The notes beneath the pieces are model-generated. The model was not told the origin of the DNA. It searched no databases and saw nothing but the letters and a program-made list of their open reading frames with translations. A program made the position numbers and the translations under genes. From NCBI GenBank assembly GCA_046590985.1, contig JBKJVH010000205.1:3401-67400 (forward strand): a stretch of 64,000 bases of DNA, read 5' to 3'. Numbering within the stretch: the first letter of the stretch is position 1; each line of letters opens with the position of its first letter. Source of the stretch: Mycobacteriales bacterium (GTDB lineage Bacteria; Actinomycetota; Actinomycetes; Mycobacteriales; SCTD01). Positions 36,149 to 45,242 of the stretch are shown piece after piece.

Positions 36149-36223
36149 GTCGAGGGCGCCCGATCGGCGACACGGTGTACCTACCAGCCGGCCAGGGGGG
36201 TCGGCACCAGCCCAGGAGCTCAC

Positions 36224-36664
36224 ATGACCAGCACCCGCACCGCCCTCCGCCTCGTCGCGGCACCGCTCATCGCCATCACAGCGTTCCTCACCCTCGGTGT
36301 GGCCCCGGCCTCGGCGCAGGTCACCGTCGCCGGACGCACGTTCCACACCACCGTCGAGTGCGGCGGCTCCTTCATGACCGTCTCGACGAACACCGCCACC
36401 GACGACGGTGCGTACGTCAACCTCTACGTCTACAGCTACAACTCGCGAACCTGGAGCAACGACGGCCAGTGGTATCCGGCCAACGCGTGGTCGGCGTTCT
36501 TCACGCCCAACGTCCGCACCAGCTACGGCTACTACTACGTCTACGCGCAGTACGCCTCCTGGAACGGCGCGTCCTGGTCCACCAGCGGCGAGTACATCAC
36601 GAGCTACACGCAGAAGAGCGGCTACTCCGCCACGGGTGGGAAGTACTGCCTGATGGGGACCTGA
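36224..36664 (+). CDS. Small secreted aromatic-rich protein
   Basis: CAGGAG RBS; signal peptide ending ASA; YVYSY, GYYYVYAQYASWNG, C-terminal YC. Confidence 0.8.
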   Translation: MTSTRTALRLVAAPLIAITAFLTLGVAPASAQVTVAGRTFHTTVECGGSFMTVSTNTATDDGAYVNLYVYSYNSRTWSNDGQWYPANAWSAFFTPNVRTSYGYYYVYAQYASWNGASWSTSGEYITSYTQKSGYSATGGKYCLMGT

Positions 36665-36681
36665 TCGGCCCTCGCACCCAG

Positions 36682-36709
36682 GCGCCCGGACGCACCAGCG
36701 TCCGGGCGC
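36682..36709 (+). terminator. Hairpin terminator
   Basis: GCGCCCGGACGC-ACCA-GCGTCCGGGCGC just after the stop at 36664. Confidence 0.75.
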
Positions 36710-36849
36710 TCTCGCGTGTCCCGGACCGTCTGACGGCTCACTCCCGGGGTTGGCAAGGGGTCCGGTTGTGCCGGGCAGCGTCCGTTCCTGAGGAGGGGAG
36801 CTGGATGACGCCCCCTCGACGCCGTAGCGGAGGCTTGAGGGCGTCGCGG

Positions 36850-39156
36850 TCAGTGCTGGTTGACGAGCGGGACGTAGCCGCGGCAGGGCTCGTTGCGCAG
36901 GCTCGGGCAGGCCGGCTGCGCGGTCGTCACGGTGACGCCGGGGACGACCGGAAGCACCAGGCTCGACGGCATCGACGGCGAGTAGGCGATGGCCACCTTC
37001 GCGGTCCCCTTCGGGACCGACTCACCGAACGACCAGACGGGCTGGGACCCGTTGGGGGCAGCGATCGTGATGCGGATGCGGGTGCCGGCGCGGTACGCGT
37101 GGCCCTGGTAATACAGCGGGATCGTCACCTTCACGAAAGCGTTGCGGGGCATGGCCTTCGCGTCGCGCGAGGTGAAGGTCGGCACCGGCTCGAGGGTGGT
37201 GCTGGGGTGCCGGAACATCGTCGTACCGTCGGTGTCGAGGGCACGCTCGCTGGCGCGCAGCCAGCCGTTCTGCACGAAGGTCTCGTGCCCGTCCGCGGTG
37301 ACCTCGCTGATGGTGGCCTGCAGGTCGACGTCGGGGGAGGACGAGCGCACCCACGCCGTGACCGCGCCGGCGCCGACGACCGTGGTCGCCTTCGTCAGGG
37401 GAGCGGTGAGGTAGGACACGGCGGTGCCTGCCGGGTTCGGCTTCCAGTTCCACGACCACTGGCTCGCGTTGCCCCACAGCCCGCCGCCGCCGGTCCCGCC
37501 GGTGAAGTTCGTGAGCGGCAAGGCCTTGGCGTTGGAGGTGTAGGAGTCGGTGCCCTTGCCGGGCGCGGCACCGAGGGTGCCGCCCGCCCCCAGGTACCAG
37601 GTGCGAGCGACGGTGCCGGGCACGGGCAGGGCCGAGAACGACTGCTCGAAGCCGGCGTACGGGTCACCGGCCTGGCCGGTGTGCGCGGGACCCGTTCCCG
37701 CGCCGTTGTCGAACAGCACGCGCACGGTCGGGAGCTTCTCGAAGGCGGCCAGCGCAGCGTCGTACGTCGGCTCGGCCCAGATCGGGTCCGGCGGCAAGGT
37801 GATCGCGCTGTTCGTGATGCCCATGGCCTGGTTGTAGATGACCGGTGAGGCCGCTGCGGTCGCGCCCGCAAGGGTGCCGGGTGCGAGGTTCGCCACGTAG
37901 AGCTGCAGGAAGTCGAACCAGCGTGTGTAGGTCGCCGGGTCGAGGGAGTCGATGTGGGCGCCGTTCGTGAAGGTGAACCACTTCTTCGTGGTCCCGGTGA
38001 AGTGCCGGACGAGGGTGGGGCAGTGGCCGCCGGTCTGCTCGTCCTGCCACTGGCAGGCCAGGAACGTCGGGACCTTGATCTTGTCCACGAACGTCACCGG
38101 GTCGATGGAGTCGACGTAGGCCGGGTGGTCGTAGTGGGAGTTGTCGCGGATGGCCTGGGGCAGGTCCTGCGCCTCGCCGTGCAGCGCCTGGTTGGCCTGG
38201 CAGGCGGTGTCCCCGGCCTTGATGCGGTCGTACGCCCACGACTGGCCGTGCCCAGGTCCCGCAGGCTGGGCGTTCTGCTGTCGCTCGTTGGCCCACGCGA
38301 CGGCGAAGCCGGTGTTGAGCACGCCACCCGGGTAGAGGGTGGACGGCGTCGCATCGAGCACCGACAGCGGAGAGATGGCCGCGAGCGACGGCGGCTGGGT
38401 CGCAGCCGTGAAGAGCTGGCTGATCCCACCGTACGAGATCCCCATCATGCCGACCTTGTGGCCCTTGACCCAGGGCTGGTGCGCGATGGTCTCGACGATG
38501 TCGTACCCGTCCAGGCCCTGCAGCGGCTCGAAGAAGTTGAAGGCGCCACCGGAGCAGCCGGTGCCGCGCATGTTGATGTCGACGACGGCGAAGCCCATAG
38601 CGTTGGCGAGGACGGCGATGCCGCTCTCCGGCCCGGAAGGCCGTGCGTAGCCGTAGCCGGAGTACTCGATGAGCGTCGGGTACGGCGGGGCAAACGCGGG
38701 TCCGGCGGGCAGCGTCACGTCGGGGGTGCCGAGGCCGGCCGGGACGGTGGGCGGGTGGACGGTGTAGGAGAGCTGAGTGCCGTCGCGGGTCGTGAGGTAG
38801 CCGTAGCCGTCCGACGTTGTCGGCTGCCGGTAGAAGGAGGTGGCCCAGGGCGCGCTGGCCTTCGTGTGGACCGTGACCGGAGCGCTCGTCGTGGCGCCGA
38901 CCTTGATGCGGTAGCCGGCCGCGGGCTTCACGCCGTAGAACAGGACGCCGCCCTCCGAGGTGGCCTTCTTGGTGGCGACCTTCTTGCCGCGGCTGTCGAC
39001 CAGGGTGACGACGGTCTTGGCAGCAAGCCCAGTGGCGTACACCTGCTCGACGCTGCCGTGCGCGCTCGGCGTCGGGGCGGCCTGCGCGGTCAGGGCGACG
39101 AACGCCCCAGCGACCAGCGTTCCAGCCAGCGAGATCCTGAGCAGCACTCCACGCAC
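36850..39156 (-). CDS. Secreted CocE/NonD family hydrolase (peptidase S15-like)
   Basis: Signal peptide; TRDGTQL, YPTLIEYSGY, NMRGTGCSGG, GMMGISYGG; GTG start after GAGGAAGG. Confidence 0.88.
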   Translation of the reverse strand: MRGVLLRISLAGTLVAGAFVALTAQAAPTPSAHGSVEQVYATGLAAKTVVTLVDSRGKKVATKKATSEGGVLFYGVKPAAGYRIKVGATTSAPVTVHTKASAPWATSFYRQPTTSDGYGYLTTRDGTQLSYTVHPPTVPAGLGTPDVTLPAGPAFAPPYPTLIEYSGYGYARPSGPESGIAVLANAMGFAVVDINMRGTGCSGGAFNFFEPLQGLDGYDIVETIAHQPWVKGHKVGMMGISYGGISQLFTAATQPPSLAAISPLSVLDATPSTLYPGGVLNTGFAVAWANERQQNAQPAGPGHGQSWAYDRIKAGDTACQANQALHGEAQDLPQAIRDNSHYDHPAYVDSIDPVTFVDKIKVPTFLACQWQDEQTGGHCPTLVRHFTGTTKKWFTFTNGAHIDSLDPATYTRWFDFLQLYVANLAPGTLAGATAAASPVIYNQAMGITNSAITLPPDPIWAEPTYDAALAAFEKLPTVRVLFDNGAGTGPAHTGQAGDPYAGFEQSFSALPVPGTVARTWYLGAGGTLGAAPGKGTDSYTSNAKALPLTNFTGGTGGGGLWGNASQWSWNWKPNPAGTAVSYLTAPLTKATTVVGAGAVTAWVRSSSPDVDLQATISEVTADGHETFVQNGWLRASERALDTDGTTMFRHPSTTLEPVPTFTSRDAKAMPRNAFVKVTIPLYYQGHAYRAGTRIRITIAAPNGSQPVWSFGESVPKGTAKVAIAYSPSMPSSLVLPVVPGVTVTTAQPACPSLRNEPCRGYVPLVNQH

Positions 39157-39263
39157 GGGGGGTATCCCTTCCTCGGTTGCCAACGTGTTTCGCCACCCGC
39201 CGCCGGGTTCCTGCCGGTGCCCCTTCACGGATTCTCTCGCGGTCCTCGACGCAGGGGTGATGC

Positions 39264-40529
39264 TCAGCCCACCCTGACCGGCAGCCGCTTGATGGCGTTG
39301 ACGAACGAGGCCCGCAGCCGGTCCGGCGGCCCGACGACCTCCAGGTCCGGCATCAGCTCGAAGAGCTTGCGGAACACCACGGTGATCTCGCGGCGGGCGA
39401 GGTGGCTGCCCAGGCAGAAGTGCGGCCCGGCGGCACCGAAGCCCATGTGCGGGTTGGGGCTTCGGCCGACGTCGAAGGAGAACGGCGCGTCGAAGGCGGT
39501 CTCGTCCCGGTTGGCCGACCCGTAGAACAGCAGCAGCTTGTCGCCGGCCGTGACCTCGGTGCCGTTCACGGTCGTGTCGACGGTGGCGGTGCGCCGCATC
39601 CAGTTCACCGGGCTGGCCCAGCGGACGATCTCCTCGACCGCGGTCTTGCTGAGCGCCGGGTCTGCCATCCAGCGGGCCTTCTGCTCCGGGAAGTCGTGGA
39701 GCGCCAGCACGCCGGCGGTAATGGCATTGCGGGTCGTCTCGTTGCCGGCCACGCAGAGCAGGATGAAGAAGGACGCGATCTCCTGGTGGGTCAGGGAGTC
39801 ACCCTCGACCTCGGTGCTGACCAGGGCGCTGGTCAGGTCGTCGGTCGGGTTGGTCTGACGCTCTGCGGCGAGCTTGCCCATCAGCTCGGACAGCTTCATC
39901 CCCGCGTCGAGGAAAAGGCCCAGGGCCTCCTCGGGGCTGCCGACGAGCTCCGGGTCCCCGCCGGACAGGATGATGTTCGACATCCGCAGCACGAGGTCCT
40001 GGTCTTCGGCAGGCACGCCCATGAGCTTGCAGATGACCTTGAGCGGCAGCGGGGTGGAGATCTCGGCGACGAGGTCGAAGGTGCCGTCCCCCGCCGCCGC
40101 CTTGGCGCGTGCCTCGGTCAGCAGCTCGTCCGCGAGCAGCTCGACGTCGGACACGATGCTCTCCAGCATCCGCGGCGTGAACGCCGCCGACACGAGCCGA
40201 CGGATCTTGAAGTGTCGCGGGTCGTCCATGCTGATCATCGAGCCGTAGAACTCCTGCAGGTCCTCGGGCATGTCGGCGATCGACACGGCTCCGCGACCGG
40301 AGCAGAAGCGCTCCGGGTCCCGGCTGATGTGGTCGATGTCCGCGTGCCGCGTGACGACCCGGTAGCCGGGCCCCTTCTCGATGAAGGGCACGTCCGGCTC
40401 CTCGTAGAAGGGGAAGCCGGCGACCTGGCGAAGGTCGGTGAAGACCGCTTCGCGGTCGCTGAGAGGGAGCTCCCAGAAGGCGTCGGAGGACAGGTCGACG
40501 TCCGAGAGCGGGCCGGTGAGGGAGGTCAA
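39264..40529 (-). CDS. Cytochrome P450
   Basis: AGNETT, EEIVRW, FGAAGPHFCLG; TTG start after CAGGAG. Confidence 0.95.
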   Translation of the reverse strand: MTSLTGPLSDVDLSSDAFWELPLSDREAVFTDLRQVAGFPFYEEPDVPFIEKGPGYRVVTRHADIDHISRDPERFCSGRGAVSIADMPEDLQEFYGSMISMDDPRHFKIRRLVSAAFTPRMLESIVSDVELLADELLTEARAKAAAGDGTFDLVAEISTPLPLKVICKLMGVPAEDQDLVLRMSNIILSGGDPELVGSPEEALGLFLDAGMKLSELMGKLAAERQTNPTDDLTSALVSTEVEGDSLTHQEIASFFILLCVAGNETTRNAITAGVLALHDFPEQKARWMADPALSKTAVEEIVRWASPVNWMRRTATVDTTVNGTEVTAGDKLLLFYGSANRDETAFDAPFSFDVGRSPNPHMGFGAAGPHFCLGSHLARREITVVFRKLFELMPDLEVVGPPDRLRASFVNAIKRLPVRVG

Positions 40530-40559
40530 GAGGGCTCCTGAGTCGAGAGGCGGGACACG

Positions 40560-41807
40560 TCAGACCACGCCGGCCTGGCGCAGCCGGTCCCACGCCTCGT
40601 CGTCCACCCCGGCGAGCTCCCGAAGGATCTCGCGGGTGTGCTCGCCGAGGCGGGGGCCGGCGTCGACGACCGAGCCGGGGGTCCGGCTGAACTTGGGGAC
40701 GACGCCGGTCATCGGCACGTCGTGCCCGGACCGGGACCGTCGGCGCAGGACCATGTCCCGGGCCTGGTAGTGCGGGTCTGTCGCCATGTCGGCGGCGGTG
40801 TAGATCTGCCCTGCGGGGACGCCGTGCGCCGCGAGCAGCGCGAGGACGTCGGCGGCGGCGTGGTGCCCGACCCACTCGGCGACGATCGCGTCGAGCTCGA
40901 CCATCGCGTCCCCGCGAGCACCGTGACTGGCGAAGCGCTCGTCGGAGGCGAGCTCGGGCTGACCCATCGCGGTGCACAGCCGGCCGAAGACGGCGTCGGC
41001 GTTCGCGGCGATCAGCAGCTCGGTGCCGTCACCGGCCCGGTAGACGTTGGACGGGGCGACGCCGGGCAGCACGCTCCCGCTGCGGCCTCGGACGACCCCG
41101 CCGAGCTCGAAGTCGGCCAGCGAGGACTCCATCAGCGCGGCGACGCTCTCGTAGATGGCGACGTCGACCTTCTGGCCCCGGCCACTGGCGGCCCGCTCCT
41201 GCAGAGCCGCCAGCGTCCCGATGACGCCGAAGAGCGCGGCGAGGGAGTCCCCGAGGGAGACGCCGCAGCGCGAGGGCGCCATGAGCGGGCTACCGGTGGT
41301 GTGGCGGATGCCGCCGACCGCCTCCCCGATGCTCCCGAACCCGGCCTCGTGGGCACGGGGGCCGGTCTGCCCGAAGCCGGAGATCTGGACCAGGACCAGG
41401 CCCGGGTTCTCGGCGGCGAGGACGTCGTAGCCCAGGTCCCACTCGTCGAGCCGGCCGGGGCGGAAGTTCTCCAGCACGACATCGCAGGACGAGGCCAGGC
41501 GCCGCACGAGGGCGCGCCCCTCGGACGTGCGGAGGTCGATCGTGACCGAGGCCTTGTTGCGGGCGATGGTTGGCCACCACAGGCTCTCGCCGTCGACCGA
41601 CAGCCCCCAGTGCCGCATCGGGTCGCCCGCGTCGGGCGACTCCACCTTCACGACCTCGGCGCCGTAGTCGGCCAGCAGCTGGCCGGCGAACGGCCCGGCG
41701 ATGAAGCTGCCGAGCTCCAGCACCCGCAGACCGGCGAGCGGACCGCTGCGGGCGGCCGGTGCCACCGTGCTGTCGACGTCCTCAGCGCGCACTCCCAGCA
41801 GGGTCAT
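40560..41807 (-). CDS. Class III CoA-transferase (CaiB/BaiF)
   Basis: GPLAGLRVLEL, GAEVVKVE, RNKAS, ENFRPG, ISGFGQTGP; TACAAT 6 nt upstream of the ATG. Confidence 0.92.
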   Translation of the reverse strand: MTLLGVRAEDVDSTVAPAARSGPLAGLRVLELGSFIAGPFAGQLLADYGAEVVKVESPDAGDPMRHWGLSVDGESLWWPTIARNKASVTIDLRTSEGRALVRRLASSCDVVLENFRPGRLDEWDLGYDVLAAENPGLVLVQISGFGQTGPRAHEAGFGSIGEAVGGIRHTTGSPLMAPSRCGVSLGDSLAALFGVIGTLAALQERAASGRGQKVDVAIYESVAALMESSLADFELGGVVRGRSGSVLPGVAPSNVYRAGDGTELLIAANADAVFGRLCTAMGQPELASDERFASHGARGDAMVELDAIVAEWVGHHAAADVLALLAAHGVPAGQIYTAADMATDPHYQARDMVLRRRSRSGHDVPMTGVVPKFSRTPGSVVDAGPRLGEHTREILRELAGVDDEAWDRLRQAGVV

Positions 41808-41813
41808 GCCCGG

Positions 41814-41886
41814 ATTGTATGCAGGATGATCGACTAGGAGCAAGCAAACGCCTGAATGTCCGGCATGCCTAGTCCGATTGTATGCG
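41814..41886. promoter_or_regulatory. Two GntR/FadR-type operator boxes
   Basis: ATTGTATGCA at 41814-41823 and ATTGTATGCG at 41877-41886 in a divergent intergenic region. Confidence 0.7.
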
Positions 41887-41983
41887 ACCACCCTTGCCGA
41901 GCTTCGGACATCTGGGTACGGTTCGTGGCGGCAACGGATCGCGACGAGCTCGGCCCACCACCCGTGACGACCTGAGGAGACGC

Positions 41984-42631
41984 ATGCCGCGGCTGCGCCA
42001 AGTCCCGAAGTCGGAGGCGACTGCCCCGATCGTGACCATGATGTACGAGTTCCTGTTCGAGGACCGGGACCCGGTGCAGGAGCCCGGTACCGCCGCCGGC
42101 ACCCCCGGCGACTGGTGGACGGTGTTCGCCCTCGTCCCCGACGTCCTGGACCACGCCGTGAAGGGGTTCGGGTTGTACCAAAGCCCTGACCGGCTGCTCG
42201 ACCCGGTGCTGCGCGAGCTCGGGCAGGCCCGGGCCGGTTGGGCCACCGGCAGCCAGTTCGTCTACTCCCAGCACTGCAAGAGCCTGCGCCACCTCGGCGT
42301 CACCGAGGAGCGGATCGAGGCGGTGCCCGGATGGGCAGCGGCCGACTGCTTCTCGCCGGTCGAGCGGCACGTCCTGGCCTACGCCGACTGCCTCGCCCTG
42401 GACCGCGGTCGGGTCCCGGACCAGCTCGCCGACGCGCTGCGGGCGGAGCTCGGGGACGCGCAGGTGCTGGAGCTGACCTACATCACCTCGATGTACGTCA
42501 TGCACGCGATCATGTCCCGGGCCCTGCGCACCGAGTTCGACGACCGCCCCGAGCCGGTCGTGGAGGTCGCCGCTCCCGAGGGCGCCGCCGCACGCGACAT
42601 CGGCGCCGACATCGCGGGGGGCCAGAGGTGA
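41984..42631 (+). CDS. Carboxymuconolactone decarboxylase/AhpD-like protein
   Basis: LDPVLRELGQARAG...FVYSQH, FSPVER, LELTY; GAGGAG RBS. Confidence 0.8.
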   Translation: MPRLRQVPKSEATAPIVTMMYEFLFEDRDPVQEPGTAAGTPGDWWTVFALVPDVLDHAVKGFGLYQSPDRLLDPVLRELGQARAGWATGSQFVYSQHCKSLRHLGVTEERIEAVPGWAAADCFSPVERHVLAYADCLALDRGRVPDQLADALRAELGDAQVLELTYITSMYVMHAIMSRALRTEFDDRPEPVVEVAAPEGAAARDIGADIAGGQR

Positions 42632-43524
42632 GGCTGGCTCCGGTCGAGCTCGTCGAGGTCTCCCCGCGCGACGGGCTGCAGGACCACCCCGGCTTCCTGC
42701 CGACGGCGGACAAGGTCGAGCTGGTCCGCCGCGTCGTCGCCGCCGGGGTCCGGCGCGTCGAGGTCACCGGCTTCGCCCACCCGGACCGGGTGCCCGCCCT
42801 GTCCGACGCGGAGGCGGTACTGGCCGGCCTCGTGGACGTGCCGGACGATGTTCGGCTGTCGGCGCTCATCCTCAACGAGCGCGGCCTTGACCGGGCACTG
42901 GCGTGTCCGGTCAAGGAGGTCACGATGGTGGTGCTTGCGACCGATGCCTTCAGCCTGCGCAACCAGGGGATGACGTCGGCGGACGCGGTCGCGGCCGCGC
43001 GGCGCATCATCATCCGGGGCGCCGGGCACGGGGTGGCGGTCGGCGTGACGGTCGCGGCGGCGTTCGGCTGCCCCTACGAGGGACCGGTCGCCCCCGGGCT
43101 GGTCCTGGACCGCGTCCGACAACTGGCCGAGGCCGGCCCGTGCGAGCTCGTGCTGGCCGACACGATCGGGGCGGGCAACCCGCACGAGGTCGCCGAGCTC
43201 GTCGCTGCCGTCGTCGACGCCACCGGACTGCCGGTGCGCGGTCACTTCCACAACACCCACGGCCGCGCACTGGAGAACGCCCTGGCGGCGCTCGATGCCG
43301 GTGCGAGCGCCCTGGACGGCAGCCTGTCCGGACTGGGTGGCTGCCCGTCGGCGCCGGGGTCCGCGGACCGCGGCAACCTCGCCAGCGAGACCTTCGCAGC
43401 CGCCCTGGTGCAGCGCTCCCTGCCCGGACCCGACCCGGCCGCGCTGTCCGAGACAGCCCAGTGGCTGCGCACCCGGCTGGCCGCCGCCGCGCCGGATGCC
43501 CTCGCTGCTGTGGGGCGAGGGTGA
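42628..43524 (+). CDS. Hydroxymethylglutaryl-CoA lyase-like protein
   Basis: EVSPRDGLQ, AFGCPYEG, LADTIG, HFHNT, GLGGCP, GNLASE. Confidence 0.9.
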   Translation: MRLAPVELVEVSPRDGLQDHPGFLPTADKVELVRRVVAAGVRRVEVTGFAHPDRVPALSDAEAVLAGLVDVPDDVRLSALILNERGLDRALACPVKEVTMVVLATDAFSLRNQGMTSADAVAAARRIIIRGAGHGVAVGVTVAAAFGCPYEGPVAPGLVLDRVRQLAEAGPCELVLADTIGAGNPHEVAELVAAVVDATGLPVRGHFHNTHGRALENALAALDAGASALDGSLSGLGGCPSAPGSADRGNLASETFAAALVQRSLPGPDPAALSETAQWLRTRLAAAAPDALAAVGRG

Positions 43525-45242
43525 GCCCGCGCCGGCAGACCTCCACAGTGCTGCGCCGCTACCTACCCCTCGGGGTGGCGGTTGCGGTCCAGCTACTGCT
43601 GATCGGCCTGCTGCCGTCCACGGCTGGGCCGACAGCGACGGTGAGCAGCGGCTCCACCGACTTCGTCAGCCCCTACGCGAGCAGCACCCCCGGCCCAGGC
43701 GGCGGCCCGGCGTCCTCGGCCCCTGCCGTCGGCGCAACCGGGGTTCCCGCAGCCTCGGGCGCGACCGCCAGGACCAGCGCCCCGCAAGCCAGCGCCGCCG
43801 CCGGCACCGCTGCTGCGGCGGTCGCCGACACGAAGCACTGCGTCGGCGGGCGACAGTTCGACCCGGCGATCGACTACTTCGCGCCGCCGTGCGTGGCGAC
43901 CGTCGGCCGCAACACGACCGGTGCGACGTACTCCGGAGTGACCAGCAGGACCATCAAGATCGTCAACTACTACCCGCAGGGCAACGCCGCGGTCGACGCC
44001 AGCGTGAAGCTGCAGGGGCTCTACGTGTCGATCGCCCAACAGCGCCAGTGGGACGCGGCCGCGCAGGACTTCATCAACAGCCACTACGAGCTGTACGGCC
44101 GCAAGCTCTCCATCGAGACGGTGCAGGGGACCTGTGGCGTGTTCCCCCCCGACACCGCCTGCCTGCGGAACGAGATGCACGCCATCGTGGCGGCGAAGCA
44201 CCCCTTCATGTTCCGCTGGATCACCCCGCTCACGAGTGCTCCCTTCGACGAGCTCTCCTCGATGGGCGTGCTCAACGTCGGCGGCCTGATGTTCACGGAC
44301 TCCTTCTCCAAGGCGCGCCGCCCGTACCACTGGGACGTGCACGAGAGCGGCACCAAGGTGGCTGACGCCTTCGGTCAGCTCTGGTGCAACCAGCTGCGCT
44401 CGAGCCCGGCCGCGTACTCGCCGGCGCCCAGCAAGGTCGGCAACGTCAACGGCTCCGCGAGGGTGCTCGGCATCATCGGCACCAACGACCCTGAGAACAT
44501 CCTGATGCGGCAAGAGGTCGACCGGGTCCTGCACAGCTGCGGGTCGGCTGTCGCCCACACCTACGACGCCAGCAACGACATCTCGACCGCCGCCGCGCAG
44601 AAGTCGGCCGCCATCGCCGCGATGCGCCAGTCGCCCTCGGCGACAACCGTGCTCTGCCTGTGCAACCCGGTCGGCGCCTCCTACGTCTACCAGGAGGAGC
44701 AGCAGGACTCCTACTACCCCGAGAACGTCATCGCCGGCACCGTCTACATCGACAACGACGACAGTGGCCAGAGCTTCATGACGGGCACCTCCTGCCCGAA
44801 CGGCAACGGGTGCGAGTTCCGCACGGCGGTCGGCCTGTCGAGCACCGAGCCGCGCGAGCCGGTCGGGCACGACGTCGGGACCCGCGTGTGGCACGCCGCT
44901 GGTCGCACCGGCGCCGCGCCGTTCCCGGGGGTTTCGCTGGACTGGGACTACTACGGCCTGATGGCGACCTTGCTGCAGGGCGCCGGACCGTCCCTGACCC
45001 CGGCCCACGTGGAACAGGGCGCGTTCGCGACCCCGGCACGCGGGGGCGGCAGCACCGGGCACGCGCTGCGTGGCTTCTCGCCGGGCAGCTACGCCTGGAA
45101 CCAGGACATGGTGCGGGTCTACTGGGACCCCACCCGGACCTCGCGGTTCAACGGCAAGCCGGGCACGTTCGTCGCTGTCGGCGGCCGGCTCACCTTGGGC
45201 CACTACCCGACCGGTCCGCCCCCGTTCCCGGCCAACCGATGA
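43521..45242 (+). CDS. ABC transporter substrate-binding protein (LIV/type I-like), membrane anchored
   Basis: N-terminal TM, Ala/Thr linker, GVTSRTIKI, YELYGRKL; directly precedes the permease. Confidence 0.7.
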   Translation: MSPRRQTSTVLRRYLPLGVAVAVQLLLIGLLPSTAGPTATVSSGSTDFVSPYASSTPGPGGGPASSAPAVGATGVPAASGATARTSAPQASAAAGTAAAAVADTKHCVGGRQFDPAIDYFAPPCVATVGRNTTGATYSGVTSRTIKIVNYYPQGNAAVDASVKLQGLYVSIAQQRQWDAAAQDFINSHYELYGRKLSIETVQGTCGVFPPDTACLRNEMHAIVAAKHPFMFRWITPLTSAPFDELSSMGVLNVGGLMFTDSFSKARRPYHWDVHESGTKVADAFGQLWCNQLRSSPAAYSPAPSKVGNVNGSARVLGIIGTNDPENILMRQEVDRVLHSCGSAVAHTYDASNDISTAAAQKSAAIAAMRQSPSATTVLCLCNPVGASYVYQEEQQDSYYPENVIAGTVYIDNDDSGQSFMTGTSCPNGNGCEFRTAVGLSSTEPREPVGHDVGTRVWHAAGRTGAAPFPGVSLDWDYYGLMATLLQGAGPSLTPAHVEQGAFATPARGGGSTGHALRGFSPGSYAWNQDMVRVYWDPTRTSRFNGKPGTFVAVGGRLTLGHYPTGPPPFPANR

